DNA of 64,000 bases, taken from positions 13,877 through 77,876 of IMG/VR virus record IMGVR_UViG_3300009103_000015; one strand, given 5' to 3'. The notes under the pieces were generated by a model. The model had not been told where the DNA came from. It worked only from the letters and a program-made list of their open reading frames with translations, and did not search any database. This document shows, piece by piece, positions 31,148-40,505 of this stretch. Position 1 is the stretch's first letter. Each line of letters opens with the position of its first letter. The position numbers and the translations under genes were made by a program. Source of the stretch: a virus.

Positions 31148-31365
31148 TGAATAAGTTTTGGATAGTTCCAGCAATTATCATAGTTGGTTTAATTTCATTT
31201 GTTTTTGTTTCAGATTATACTCCTAACATGAATAATTCTTTTGAATCTACATTAGGAAATCAACCTATTAGTGAATCAGAATATCCTAGTTGGGTAGATG
31301 AAGGATGCCACCCAGCAATATCTATCAACGGAACATTCTATCAGGTGTGTAATCATGGCAAGTAA
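31147..31365 (+). CDS. Small membrane-anchored protein
   Basis: FWIVPAIIIVGLISFVFVS N-terminal TM. Confidence 0.55.
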   Translation: MNKFWIVPAIIIVGLISFVFVSDYTPNMNNSFESTLGNQPISESEYPSWVDEGCHPAISINGTFYQVCNHGK

Positions 31366-32119
31366 AACTGCGAGTGATATTAAGACAACCTTAGAATCAC
31401 AAACATACCCATATCCATTAAGAATCTATACAACTAGACAAAAATTTCCAATCTATCCATACGTTGAAATCATAAAAGAACCACAAGGTTCAGATGAAAG
31501 TATAACTGATATAACAAAAAATGATGGATTTAAAATAACACTTTTCGTTAGATACATAAGAGATTTTGATACAGAAGAAGCAAATCAAACTACAATAGAA
31601 AACACAATACTTTCAGCTTTAGAAGGACAAGATTTCGGAACTGCAAAACTGTATTCAGAAACAAAAACATGGTCAAGACAACCAATGCAAAAACCATTCG
31701 GAAGTCAATCTGTAATAACAATTAGAATTGTAGATAGAGCATCAAAATCTGGAAGTGGTGTTTTAGGTTCTGAAATGACTATGATGATAGGTAGAGGTTC
31801 AACCAATACTGTAATCACTTTACTTTCTATCAAAGAAGATATTGGTCCACAGATTGCATCGCATTATGATGATGAAAGAAAAAGATATCCTGACCCTGAT
31901 AATTTCAATGAAGGAACATTTACTATGGAATATGAAAATACAAGTTCATTAGAAACTGAAATAGATGGATATAGAGATTCAGGAAATAGTATTGCTTGTA
32001 GATTTGTAAAAAAGAATGTAAATAAAGACTTCAATGCTGTATTTGGAGCAACATCTAGAACAGGTCAATATGATAAAGTGGAACGTGCTGTGACTACGAT
32101 ATACCTTGTTCCTTCATAA
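31355..32119 (+). CDS. Putative tail terminator / tail-tube-like protein
   Basis: Position after adaptor; YPYVEI...FKITLFVR; C-terminal GTFTMEY...CRF beta domain. Confidence 0.5.
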   Translation: MASKTASDIKTTLESQTYPYPLRIYTTRQKFPIYPYVEIIKEPQGSDESITDITKNDGFKITLFVRYIRDFDTEEANQTTIENTILSALEGQDFGTAKLYSETKTWSRQPMQKPFGSQSVITIRIVDRASKSGSGVLGSEMTMMIGRGSTNTVITLLSIKEDIGPQIASHYDDERKRYPDPDNFNEGTFTMEYENTSSLETEIDGYRDSGNSIACRFVKKNVNKDFNAVFGATSRTGQYDKVERAVTTIYLVPS

Positions 32120-32157
32120 AAATATATTTTTAAAGCAAGAACAATGATTACTAGTGT

Positions 32158-32709
32158 ATGACTGATTATAATTGGAATAGTCCATCGCTAAGAACTAGAA
32201 AGTATAAAGGATATATTCAATTTTCAAATCCAGAAACACCAGCAGATTTCTATCGTTTGAAAGAAAGACAGTCATTAAACATAACATTCACATTTAATCT
32301 AACATCACATTATGATGATGCAGGTCTAAAATTTATGGATCCAAATGGTCATAACCATACATTTTCAACAACAATAAAACTAACATCAGATATGATAGAT
32401 GATGCTTCAAGCGATTGGGATTCATCTGCTACCAGTCCTAAAACAGCAGAAGGAACTTCATTATCATATTGGATTGAAAGATTACAAAGATATGAACCTG
32501 TTCTAATGACATTCGTGACAACATCAGAAGCTTTGATTGGTCCTAACCACTCAACCATTGGTGGAGATAATGAATCTGAAAAAATGATTAAGATTAAATT
32601 CAAAGGTCAACCATCAGGTTTCACTATTGATATGGGAACAGATGCAACTCAAAGTGTTCAGATTCAAGGAACTATCACAGACATAGTTCATATAAAACGA
32701 ACTGCTTAG
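32158..32709 (+). CDS. Putative tail tube-like protein
   Basis: SLNITF...TFSTTIK...IKFKGQPSGFTID...VQIQGTI tube-fold-like strand pattern. Confidence 0.5.
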   Translation: MTDYNWNSPSLRTRKYKGYIQFSNPETPADFYRLKERQSLNITFTFNLTSHYDDAGLKFMDPNGHNHTFSTTIKLTSDMIDDASSDWDSSATSPKTAEGTSLSYWIERLQRYEPVLMTFVTTSEALIGPNHSTIGGDNESEKMIKIKFKGQPSGFTIDMGTDATQSVQIQGTITDIVHIKRTA

Positions 32710-32719
32710 GAGATTAATT

Positions 32720-32905
32720 TTGTCGCAAGATGTATCTCTCAACGAGATTGATTATGGTAATATCATAAGATGGTTTGAATTAGCATTTGCAAAAACCAAC
32801 AAACAAAGTGCTTCTGATAGAAATACATTTACTAAGTTGAGTGCTATGGCTTTAGGTTTTGCAGATGAAAAGATGAGAGATAAAACTGATGGAGATGAAA
32901 TTTAA
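32720..32905 (+). CDS. Small hypothetical protein in tail module
   Basis: 61-aa coupled ORF. Confidence 0.45.
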   Translation: MSQDVSLNEIDYGNIIRWFELAFAKTNKQSASDRNTFTKLSAMALGFADEKMRDKTDGDEI

Positions 32906-33555
32906 TGGCAAACATAATGGGACAGACTTTAGATGCTACTGTTGATGATATAGAAGAGATGTTAGATTTTTTAGAAACAAGAGAAGTAGCAGTTGAGAAA
33001 TTTGGTTTTGAATGGGAAGATTTTATTCACAAGAAAACAACTGAAATAATCAATGAAGAAATAGTAGAAACAATAAAATGGAAAATGAAAATGTGGAAAT
33101 ACTCTCCAAAGATAATAGAAGCAACATATTTAGATAAAGTAATTGTTAGAGGTAGAGGAGTTTCAGCTTACATAAAATCAGATTATATTTCAAAATCAGG
33201 TTTTCCAGTATCGGTTGCTAGAGAATACGGAACAAAGAAACATTGGATTGAACCAAAAAGCACAGGTCAAACTTTCAAAATGGTTTGGAATACAAGCACT
33301 AAAGCTGGTTCTCCTTTAGCGAAAGCAAGAAGACATGGATATACATCATCTGCAAAAATGGTAAGAATACCACAACCAAAACCTGTATCATTACATTGGA
33401 AGAAGGGTGGAAAGAGTTTCTTTTCAAAAGGTCATTATGTATCTGGTATTAGAGCATTAAAATTAATCAATGGAACAATAAAAGAAAAAAGAAGAATAGT
33501 CAAAGAAAGACTAAAAGCTGAAACTAAGGCGTGGATAGATGATCTTCTATCCTAA
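32905..33555 (+). CDS. HK97 gp10-like tail completion protein
   Basis: AREYGTKKHWIEPK...LHWKKGG motif. Confidence 0.55.
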   Translation: MANIMGQTLDATVDDIEEMLDFLETREVAVEKFGFEWEDFIHKKTTEIINEEIVETIKWKMKMWKYSPKIIEATYLDKVIVRGRGVSAYIKSDYISKSGFPVSVAREYGTKKHWIEPKSTGQTFKMVWNTSTKAGSPLAKARRHGYTSSAKMVRIPQPKPVSLHWKKGGKSFFSKGHYVSGIRALKLINGTIKEKRRIVKERLKAETKAWIDDLLS

Positions 33556-33588
33556 AAGATTTTTAACAATGGTATGGTGTAAATAAAC

Positions 33589-34437
33589 ATGGCTGATGAT
33601 GATATTATAGAAGAGGAAATCAATCTAGATAATGTAGTAAATGAAAGAACCTACAAGAAAGCTATGGATGTAATTCATGGTGTCAAAAAAGAAACCAAAG
33701 CATTAAAGAAAGCAACTAAGGAATTAAAAGAAGTCACGAAATCACAAAATCTAACTGGAAGTGGAAGTATGGATTTTGGTGCTTTTGGAGATCCAGATCA
33801 AGCAACATTACCAAAAGGAAAAACAGAACAACCAATAGGTTTAGCTGAAGGATTAACAGGTGGTGGAGCTCGTGATATTTCTAGAGGAAACAAATGGAAA
33901 CAAATGGTAGAAGATATAGAAAGATTGAAAGCTGAAAGAGAATTAGCTGAACAAGAAAGACAAGCAAATACTTACAGATCAATAGAAAATCAAACAGAAA
34001 ATGAATTACAAGGTATGCAATTAAGATCAATACAAGCTCAAATGGCAGGCATTAGAGCTCAAGCTCAAGCTGGATTGGGTATGGCAGGGAAAGGACTTGG
34101 AATAATAAAGAATCCATTAGGTTCAATGCAAAATATGTTAATGGGTGTAGCTGGAAAATTCTTTCCTGTAATGATGGCAATAACAGTAGCAACAACAGTA
34201 TATAGTATGGTTGTCGCACAATTTGGTGATGGTGGATTATTTGATGTTAGAAAATTAGTGACAGATCAGGTGAAAGAATATTTTGATTTAGAGTTCGTTA
34301 ACCAAGTTAATAGAGGAGAAGTTTTCTTTGGATTTGGTGCAGAAGCAGTCTCACAAGGAATTGGAACTAGTGGTAGCAATACGAGAGATAAGAGTTATGC
34401 TCATCTCACAGATAGACCACAGTTTCAGGGATTATAA
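33589..34437 (+). CDS. Short helical protein at the tape-measure position
   Basis: Coiled coils plus A/G/M-rich hydrophobic segment, directly before Dit/Tal-like genes. Confidence 0.45.
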   Translation: MADDDIIEEEINLDNVVNERTYKKAMDVIHGVKKETKALKKATKELKEVTKSQNLTGSGSMDFGAFGDPDQATLPKGKTEQPIGLAEGLTGGGARDISRGNKWKQMVEDIERLKAERELAEQERQANTYRSIENQTENELQGMQLRSIQAQMAGIRAQAQAGLGMAGKGLGIIKNPLGSMQNMLMGVAGKFFPVMMAITVATTVYSMVVAQFGDGGLFDVRKLVTDQVKEYFDLEFVNQVNRGEVFFGFGAEAVSQGIGTSGSNTRDKSYAHLTDRPQFQGL

Positions 34438-34439
34438 TC

Positions 34440-34988
34440 ATGGCAAACGCAGTTTTATTTTGGAGAAGCGATAGCACTTTGACAACAAGTGTTGCTAGTC
34501 TAATATCAGCAGATTCTTCAAAAAGCATAGCTAATCAACAATGTTTAGAATATGATGCTCCAGATAATATATTGGAAGCAGTTCAAGAAACTTATGGAAA
34601 TAGAATTAATGAACAGGTTTCAGTAAATTCAGAAGGTAATAGACAGATATTCATTCGTGATGATGGACTTGCAACAAGATCAATAACAATACAGGGAATA
34701 ATAAGAAAAGAATCAACAGATATTACAAAGTTAAAACATTTCAGAATATTACAACAGACTACAACAAACTTAGTTCATGGTAGATTTGGAATTAGAATAG
34801 GAAATGCAACTCATTATCAAATAGATCCAAGAAAAGATAATTACGATGGTTCAGGTGCTATTGGTAGAGGACTTATGATTAAAGACATGACAATAGGATA
34901 TTCAGGTCAAGAGAAAACAAGATACGCTTTTAGAATAACTCTTGCTTTTGGTGGAAGACACATAGCAGATGAATCAGGTAATATCTAA
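34440..34988 (+). CDS. Putative distal tail / hub protein
   Basis: RSITIQGII...MIKDMTIGY...AFRITL pattern, position. Confidence 0.45.
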   Translation: MANAVLFWRSDSTLTTSVASLISADSSKSIANQQCLEYDAPDNILEAVQETYGNRINEQVSVNSEGNRQIFIRDDGLATRSITIQGIIRKESTDITKLKHFRILQQTTTNLVHGRFGIRIGNATHYQIDPRKDNYDGSGAIGRGLMIKDMTIGYSGQEKTRYAFRITLAFGGRHIADESGNI

Positions 34989-37897
34989 TGGCTAGAGATA
35001 ACTATACAAAAGTTGTAAAACTGATTAACAAGTATTCAGGTAATCCAATAACTGGTCCTTCAATCGGTGCTGTTTCAAATGGAGATTTGACAAATTGGTT
35101 AATCTCAATGGAGTTAGTAAACTCTAGTGTTGATAGAACTGATACTTGCACGTTAACACTTAGAACAGATCCACAAGGAACTTTTATCAGAAATGGTCCA
35201 ATTCTAATTGATGAACTTGCAAAATACAAATATCTAATTCAAGCACAGATAAGTCAAGGTTCAAAAGATGGAAAGTTATTTCGTTTTGAAATAAGTGATG
35301 CGACATTAAGAGAAGATCAAGCAAATGGAGAGGTTTTAGTCATAACAGGTCGTGGTTTAGAATACATCTTCAAAGAAACTTTAGATTCAGAACAATTATT
35401 TTTCAAAACTCCAAAACAAGCATTCATACAAAGAATAAGAAATTACATGGACACTCCTAGTTTTGGAAGTGTAGAGGGTGTTAATCAAACAATAACTGCC
35501 ACATATACAGATTCTAATATTGATCTTCCAGATCAACATGACATAAAACAAGGTTGGGTTTCAAGCAGTCCTAGAACCGTCATGGATCAAATGAATAAGA
35601 TAATCAAAACATTATCAGAAGCTGGTGTTTCTGGTGGTGTTATGACTGATTATTTTTGGGACACGAATCCAAATTCAACTTGGGCTAACACTTTTGATAT
35701 ATTTGCAAAAAAATATGGACATCATAATTCAGCAGATGGTCTTGTCACAATATCTCCAATAGATATTGGTGGTGGAGAACAGAAAGATAAAGTTTGGAGA
35801 ACTGATAATCAGAGATTCAAGAATCTTGTTATAGTAAAAGGAGCAAGAGGTCAGGGAACATTACCAATGAATCATTGTAGATTTAGAAGTGAATTTGAAC
35901 ACGCAAGAAGAAGACCTGATTGGGTTCAATCAGGAACTTATACAGCAAACGAAAGTTATGTTAAATTTGAAGTAAGTGGTCAAGATAAATTTTACAAGTG
36001 TATTCAATCTAGTAGTGCATCAAATCCTAAACAACCAAATCTATTCAGTAGTTATTGGCAAGAAGATGTGACTACAACTGCTGATGATTTGAACCCTTGG
36101 TTGAAGGATAGAAAAGATCAGATTAGAAGTCTAGCAAATCCAAGTCCTGATAAATCATTGTTTGAAAGTTCAAGTGGAGCAGGTGATGGTTATGTTGGTT
36201 TTGCTCCAGATTGGAATATAGTAAGAGGAAATTATGATAGAAACTTTAACAATGAATTTCAACACTTGAGTATAAAGTGGGTGACAAGAATTTCAAACAC
36301 TCCTCCAACTGGAAAAGAATTGTTTCATGGTCAAAGAATTTTAGTTGGAACATCTCCTTCAGGAGATTTTTCAGGAAATGCAAACAAGATTGCACAGTAT
36401 GATAGATATCCAGATCCAAATGCACTTACAGTTGGATTAACAGGTCAAGGAACTCCTGTTTGGAGATTCAGTAATGCTCCACAGAATAATGATGTAGTTG
36501 TAAATCTTGATACAGGAGAACTTCTAAAATGGAATACAGCAAACAGTAATTGGGGAACTGGTTCAAACACTTCTACTGCAAGAAATGTTAACACAGACTT
36601 AGCAAATAAAAAAGCATTCAGTATTCAAGATCATGGAACATCAGGTTATGGTAGTGCAGATGGAACTGCTCCATTACATTTAGTAAAAGATATTCAAACA
36701 GTTGAAGGAGCAACAAAGGGAGTTAATAGTGCATCACAATGGACTTTTGATTGGAGAATATTAAATGGTAGAGGTGAAAACAAAAACAGTAGAGGAGCAT
36801 GGTGGTATATGATGTTTCCATATCCAAGAGTTGCAGATTCTAGTGCAACAAATTCAGATGTGGGAAGTGTTTATGGTGGAACTAATGTAGTAAAGAGTTG
36901 GTTGAATAGAAATAATTTAGATTATAATTCTAAGGGACAGAAAGGTTGGAATCATGGAACAGATAGTGAAGATCTAGGAGTTATAACAGGTGTTAGTTTC
37001 AAAATAAAATTAGAAGTATTGTATGATAAACTACAAAATGGAACTCTTTCATTAACTCCTAGTGGATTTCATAATACAAAACATACAATTTGGTTTATGG
37101 ATATGTTTGATAGAATAATGTTTGCAAAATTTGAATTACGAAGAAATGGTGGTTGGCAATTTGTTAGAATACCATTAGGTCAAGGAATGAAAAGACACTT
37201 CAACAGATTAGATGAGCAATCTTTATTCATGGGATATGATTTGGTTGGAGATGATTGGTATCTTCCAGAAAGAGAATATACTGGAATTGCTTTTGATTGG
37301 AGATTCATAAAAGCTGTTGGAATACAATGGGATCATTCTTATGCTAAATCAGAATTTGGTCAATACACAGGTTGGCAATTAGCATTAGCAAAAGATGCAA
37401 TGACTTCTGGAACTGGAGCAACAACATCTTGGTGGCTAAGACCATTTCTTGGAATTGTAGGAACTGCTGTCACAGTTGCACAAACACAAGATGAATCACT
37501 TTATGATATTGACAAAGTTAGATACACAATAGATGAGTTCAAGTTTGAAAAAGATTTGTATGTTTCATCATTAGAAGGAACAACTCCAGAATCAGGAGCA
37601 AGAACGTCAGCAGTAGAAGAATCAGCTCAAGCATACGATTATCTTACTGCAAAAAGAATAGCTCAAGGAAGAAGAGAGAGATTGAAATTCTTTCCACAAG
37701 ATTATACTGTCACCTGTTTTGGAGATGTAAGAGTTAGAGTTGGAGATAAAGTTAGAATAAAGGGAACAAAAGTTCCATCAACAACAACAGATGGTGGTGT
37801 TCCATATTTTGATATTGGTGTTCAAGAAGTAAAACATATTTTAGATGCAAACTCTTACAGAATGGTTATAACTGGAACAAGGAAATTCGTGATCTAA
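34988..37897 (+). CDS. Tal/baseplate-hub-like tail tip protein with inserted CBM-like and DUF2793-like modules
   Basis: DTCTLTL..LVITGRG N-terminus; GDVRVRVGDKVRI..VQEVKHI C-terminus; DWVQSGTY..FYKCIQ..SYWQ; PSGDFSGNANKIAQY. Confidence 0.6.
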   Translation: MARDNYTKVVKLINKYSGNPITGPSIGAVSNGDLTNWLISMELVNSSVDRTDTCTLTLRTDPQGTFIRNGPILIDELAKYKYLIQAQISQGSKDGKLFRFEISDATLREDQANGEVLVITGRGLEYIFKETLDSEQLFFKTPKQAFIQRIRNYMDTPSFGSVEGVNQTITATYTDSNIDLPDQHDIKQGWVSSSPRTVMDQMNKIIKTLSEAGVSGGVMTDYFWDTNPNSTWANTFDIFAKKYGHHNSADGLVTISPIDIGGGEQKDKVWRTDNQRFKNLVIVKGARGQGTLPMNHCRFRSEFEHARRRPDWVQSGTYTANESYVKFEVSGQDKFYKCIQSSSASNPKQPNLFSSYWQEDVTTTADDLNPWLKDRKDQIRSLANPSPDKSLFESSSGAGDGYVGFAPDWNIVRGNYDRNFNNEFQHLSIKWVTRISNTPPTGKELFHGQRILVGTSPSGDFSGNANKIAQYDRYPDPNALTVGLTGQGTPVWRFSNAPQNNDVVVNLDTGELLKWNTANSNWGTGSNTSTARNVNTDLANKKAFSIQDHGTSGYGSADGTAPLHLVKDIQTVEGATKGVNSASQWTFDWRILNGRGENKNSRGAWWYMMFPYPRVADSSATNSDVGSVYGGTNVVKSWLNRNNLDYNSKGQKGWNHGTDSEDLGVITGVSFKIKLEVLYDKLQNGTLSLTPSGFHNTKHTIWFMDMFDRIMFAKFELRRNGGWQFVRIPLGQGMKRHFNRLDEQSLFMGYDLVGDDWYLPEREYTGIAFDWRFIKAVGIQWDHSYAKSEFGQYTGWQLALAKDAMTSGTGATTSWWLRPFLGIVGTAVTVAQTQDESLYDIDKVRYTIDEFKFEKDLYVSSLEGTTPESGARTSAVEESAQAYDYLTAKRIAQGRRERLKFFPQDYTVTCFGDVRVRVGDKVRIKGTKVPSTTTDGGVPYFDIGVQEVKHILDANSYRMVITGTRKFVI

Positions 37898-39439
37898 ATG
37901 GCATGGGATGAAATTGGTGAAAACATATACGATAAGATTTACAATCTTGAAAAACAGGTTGAGAATCTAAAAGAAGAACAATACACAACTTTCTATAATT
38001 CAGTAGAAGGTATAGGAGTTGATAGTTCTGCAACAGATAGTGGTGATGCTGGTGTTGGATTTGCAAATACATTGACAGGTGCAGTATCATTAACTAGAGA
38101 AGTTCAAGTAAGATCAAATAATGAAACCTTTAATGGTAGCACTATATATGATTCAATATTTGCTTTCAATCCATACATAATTGTAAAAGCAAAAGGAGAT
38201 GAATCTACATCTAACATAATTGAAATTAAATGGATTAGACAAGCACAACATGATGGTCAAATCTTAATTTTAGAACCATTCTACAAAGCTGGTGGAGATT
38301 CAAATACAACATCATATACTTTAAGATTGAAAACTGCTGGAAACATAAACATATCATCAGATACAGATGTTGCAAAAGATGAGAAAATATTTCTTCAATG
38401 GTCAGAAAACTATCCTATTGCAAATTCTAGTTCAGGTTCATGGACAGTAATTTCTCAAACTTCAGGTTCTAGTGGTGGTGGAAGTGGAATGCAAAATCCA
38501 GCAACAGCACAGTTAGACATGGCTGATAAATCCATTAAAGGTGCATGGGATTCACAATCAAGCACAGTTGGAATTGAATCTCATTTAGATATGAATACAT
38601 ACAATATCAAAGATGTAGATCAACTTTTGTTTGCAACATCAGCTAGTTCAAGCGATGTATTACCTAACAGTTCGTATGGTATTGAAGCTGATGGTGGAAC
38701 TTCTCCAACAGGAATAAGATATAATGTTCCATCAAGTAAATCACATAAATTTTATGTTAATGGTTCTTTGAAAGCAACTATTGATTCTAATGGTATAACT
38801 GCTGATTCTTTAGGTAGTAGTCCAAGTTCATCAAAATATCTTAGAGGAGATATGACATGGCAAACAATTAGTAGTGGTGGTTCTGATAACTTAGGAAATC
38901 ATACTGCTACACAAACTTTGGATATGGGTGGATATTATATTTCAAATGCTGGTCAAATAGAATTTGGAACAAGCTCAACTCAAGGTGGAGAAATTTCTAA
39001 TTCAAGTTCTGGTTTAATTTATGATACACATTCTTCTAGTGATGAACATTATTTCCAAACAAACGGAACAACAAGAATGACAGTTGAAACAGATTATATT
39101 AGAATGTATGAACCAATCAGTTTTCAATATGGTGGAACACAAATTGCATATACAAATACAGATTCAGGTGGTTTAGATTTCAAGATTACTTCAACTAGTG
39201 ATACATTTGATTATAAAATTGGATCATCAGGTGGTATGACATTATATAATGATGGAACAAGATTTAGAATAGAAGATGACAGAATTAAAATTTACAAGGT
39301 AATAGACATAAGAAATGGAACATACACTTCACCAAGTTCATATATCAGTTCTAATTATTGGCAAGGAATGTTATATCCTACTGGTTGGGTTAAAATTATG
39401 GTTGATGGTGGTTCATACAAATTCCCTGTATGGTCATAG
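37898..39439 (+). CDS. Tail fibre/spike protein
   Basis: N-terminal coil, DNLGNHTATQTLDM, YLRGDMTW, HKFYVNG repeats, GWVKIMVDG..YKFPVW C-terminus. Confidence 0.7.
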   Translation: MAWDEIGENIYDKIYNLEKQVENLKEEQYTTFYNSVEGIGVDSSATDSGDAGVGFANTLTGAVSLTREVQVRSNNETFNGSTIYDSIFAFNPYIIVKAKGDESTSNIIEIKWIRQAQHDGQILILEPFYKAGGDSNTTSYTLRLKTAGNINISSDTDVAKDEKIFLQWSENYPIANSSSGSWTVISQTSGSSGGGSGMQNPATAQLDMADKSIKGAWDSQSSTVGIESHLDMNTYNIKDVDQLLFATSASSSDVLPNSSYGIEADGGTSPTGIRYNVPSSKSHKFYVNGSLKATIDSNGITADSLGSSPSSSKYLRGDMTWQTISSGGSDNLGNHTATQTLDMGGYYISNAGQIEFGTSSTQGGEISNSSSGLIYDTHSSSDEHYFQTNGTTRMTVETDYIRMYEPISFQYGGTQIAYTNTDSGGLDFKITSTSDTFDYKIGSSGGMTLYNDGTRFRIEDDRIKIYKVIDIRNGTYTSPSSYISSNYWQGMLYPTGWVKIMVDGGSYKFPVWS

Positions 39440-39644
39440 GTTTATTAGAAAGATGTGATGTTGTTAGATATGTCTGAAGAAGTAAATGATCCAGCTCCAC
39501 AAAACCCAAATTTTCCTAGAGATGATGTAGTTGAAGATGAAGAACCAGAAGATGACGAATATGTAGAAATAGAAGAACCTGTTAAAACAGATGAAACATA
39601 ATAATATCAGGAAAGTATAATAGGAAAAACATACTAAGTGAAAT

Positions 39645-39854
39645 ATGTCAGCAGAACAACAAAATCAGGGAACTAATGTTAACACCATTTTGAAAGATAT
39701 TGCATATTTACGACAAAAAGCAGATCAATTAGAATTGAATCTTGTCGAGTTATTGGTAAAAGAGAATCAAATGATACAACAACAACACCAGATGGCTATG
39801 ATAAAACTACAAGAAATAGAAAAGAAACAAGAAAAATCAAGCAGAAAACAATAA
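39645..39854 (+). CDS. Small coiled-coil protein
   Basis: Q/L/E-rich heptads. Confidence 0.5.
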   Translation: MSAEQQNQGTNVNTILKDIAYLRQKADQLELNLVELLVKENQMIQQQHQMAMIKLQEIEKKQEKSSRKQ

Positions 39855-39896
39855 CAACGCTATACGTTTATTAATTAATTAATTCATTAATAGTTA

Positions 39897-40070
39897 ATGT
39901 CTCAACCAGTGTTAATAGGTGATTCCTATCACAGAGTTCTGAAGATGATGGCAAGTATGCCGAATGAAGAAAGAACAATGGGTGGGATCATTGAAGATCA
40001 ACTCAAGCAACTTGGATTTTTCAAGAAAAAGTTGAATGAAGTTGAGAAACAAATGAGGAAAAAGAAATGA
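39897..40070 (+). CDS. Ribbon-helix-helix regulator, 57 aa (not in ORF track)
   Basis: MSQPVLIGDSYHRVLKMMASMPNEERTMGGIIEDQL: strand-helix-helix pattern; ATGA overlap with next gene. Confidence 0.65.
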   Translation: MSQPVLIGDSYHRVLKMMASMPNEERTMGGIIEDQLKQLGFFKKKLNEVEKQMRKKK

Positions 40071-40468
40071 GTGAAACAGAAAAAAACTACGATCCAGCAA
40101 AAAAAGCTAAGTTTTCTGAATTGAAGACGGAATGGGCAAAACTAAAGAAAGAAAGTAGTGCTAGTGATTCTGAACGTGCAACAGCAAAACAAAGAATCAA
40201 TGCAATACAAAGGGAACTTGATTTAGAAGTCACCGATTTCAATGCTCCAAAGAAAACGAATAATGCTTCAAATTCATCAGGATCTCCACAGAGATCTAAC
40301 GAAGCAAGATTCACAGAAGTAAAAGCTTTCCATGATACAGCAGGGAAATTAGCCAATGATATATTGGATAGTTTCTATGCAAACAATGGATTGACACCTG
40401 AACCAAAAGAAAGACTAATCGCTTGGGAAGGACTTTTGAAAAGCTTTGCAATCGTGTGGAGTAGATGA
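40067..40468 (+). CDS. Hypothetical helical protein
   Basis: 133-aa coupled ORF between RHH and RadA. Confidence 0.6.
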   Translation: MSETEKNYDPAKKAKFSELKTEWAKLKKESSASDSERATAKQRINAIQRELDLEVTDFNAPKKTNNASNSSGSPQRSNEARFTEVKAFHDTAGKLANDILDSFYANNGLTPEPKERLIAWEGLLKSFAIVWSR

Positions 40469-40505
40469 ACCACACTATCCTTCCCTTTTTTATGGAGATG
40501 TTAAA

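Noticed and set aside
11274-39439. Diversity-generating retroelement acting on fibre genes
   Set aside because: No reverse transcriptase and no template/variable repeat pair noticed
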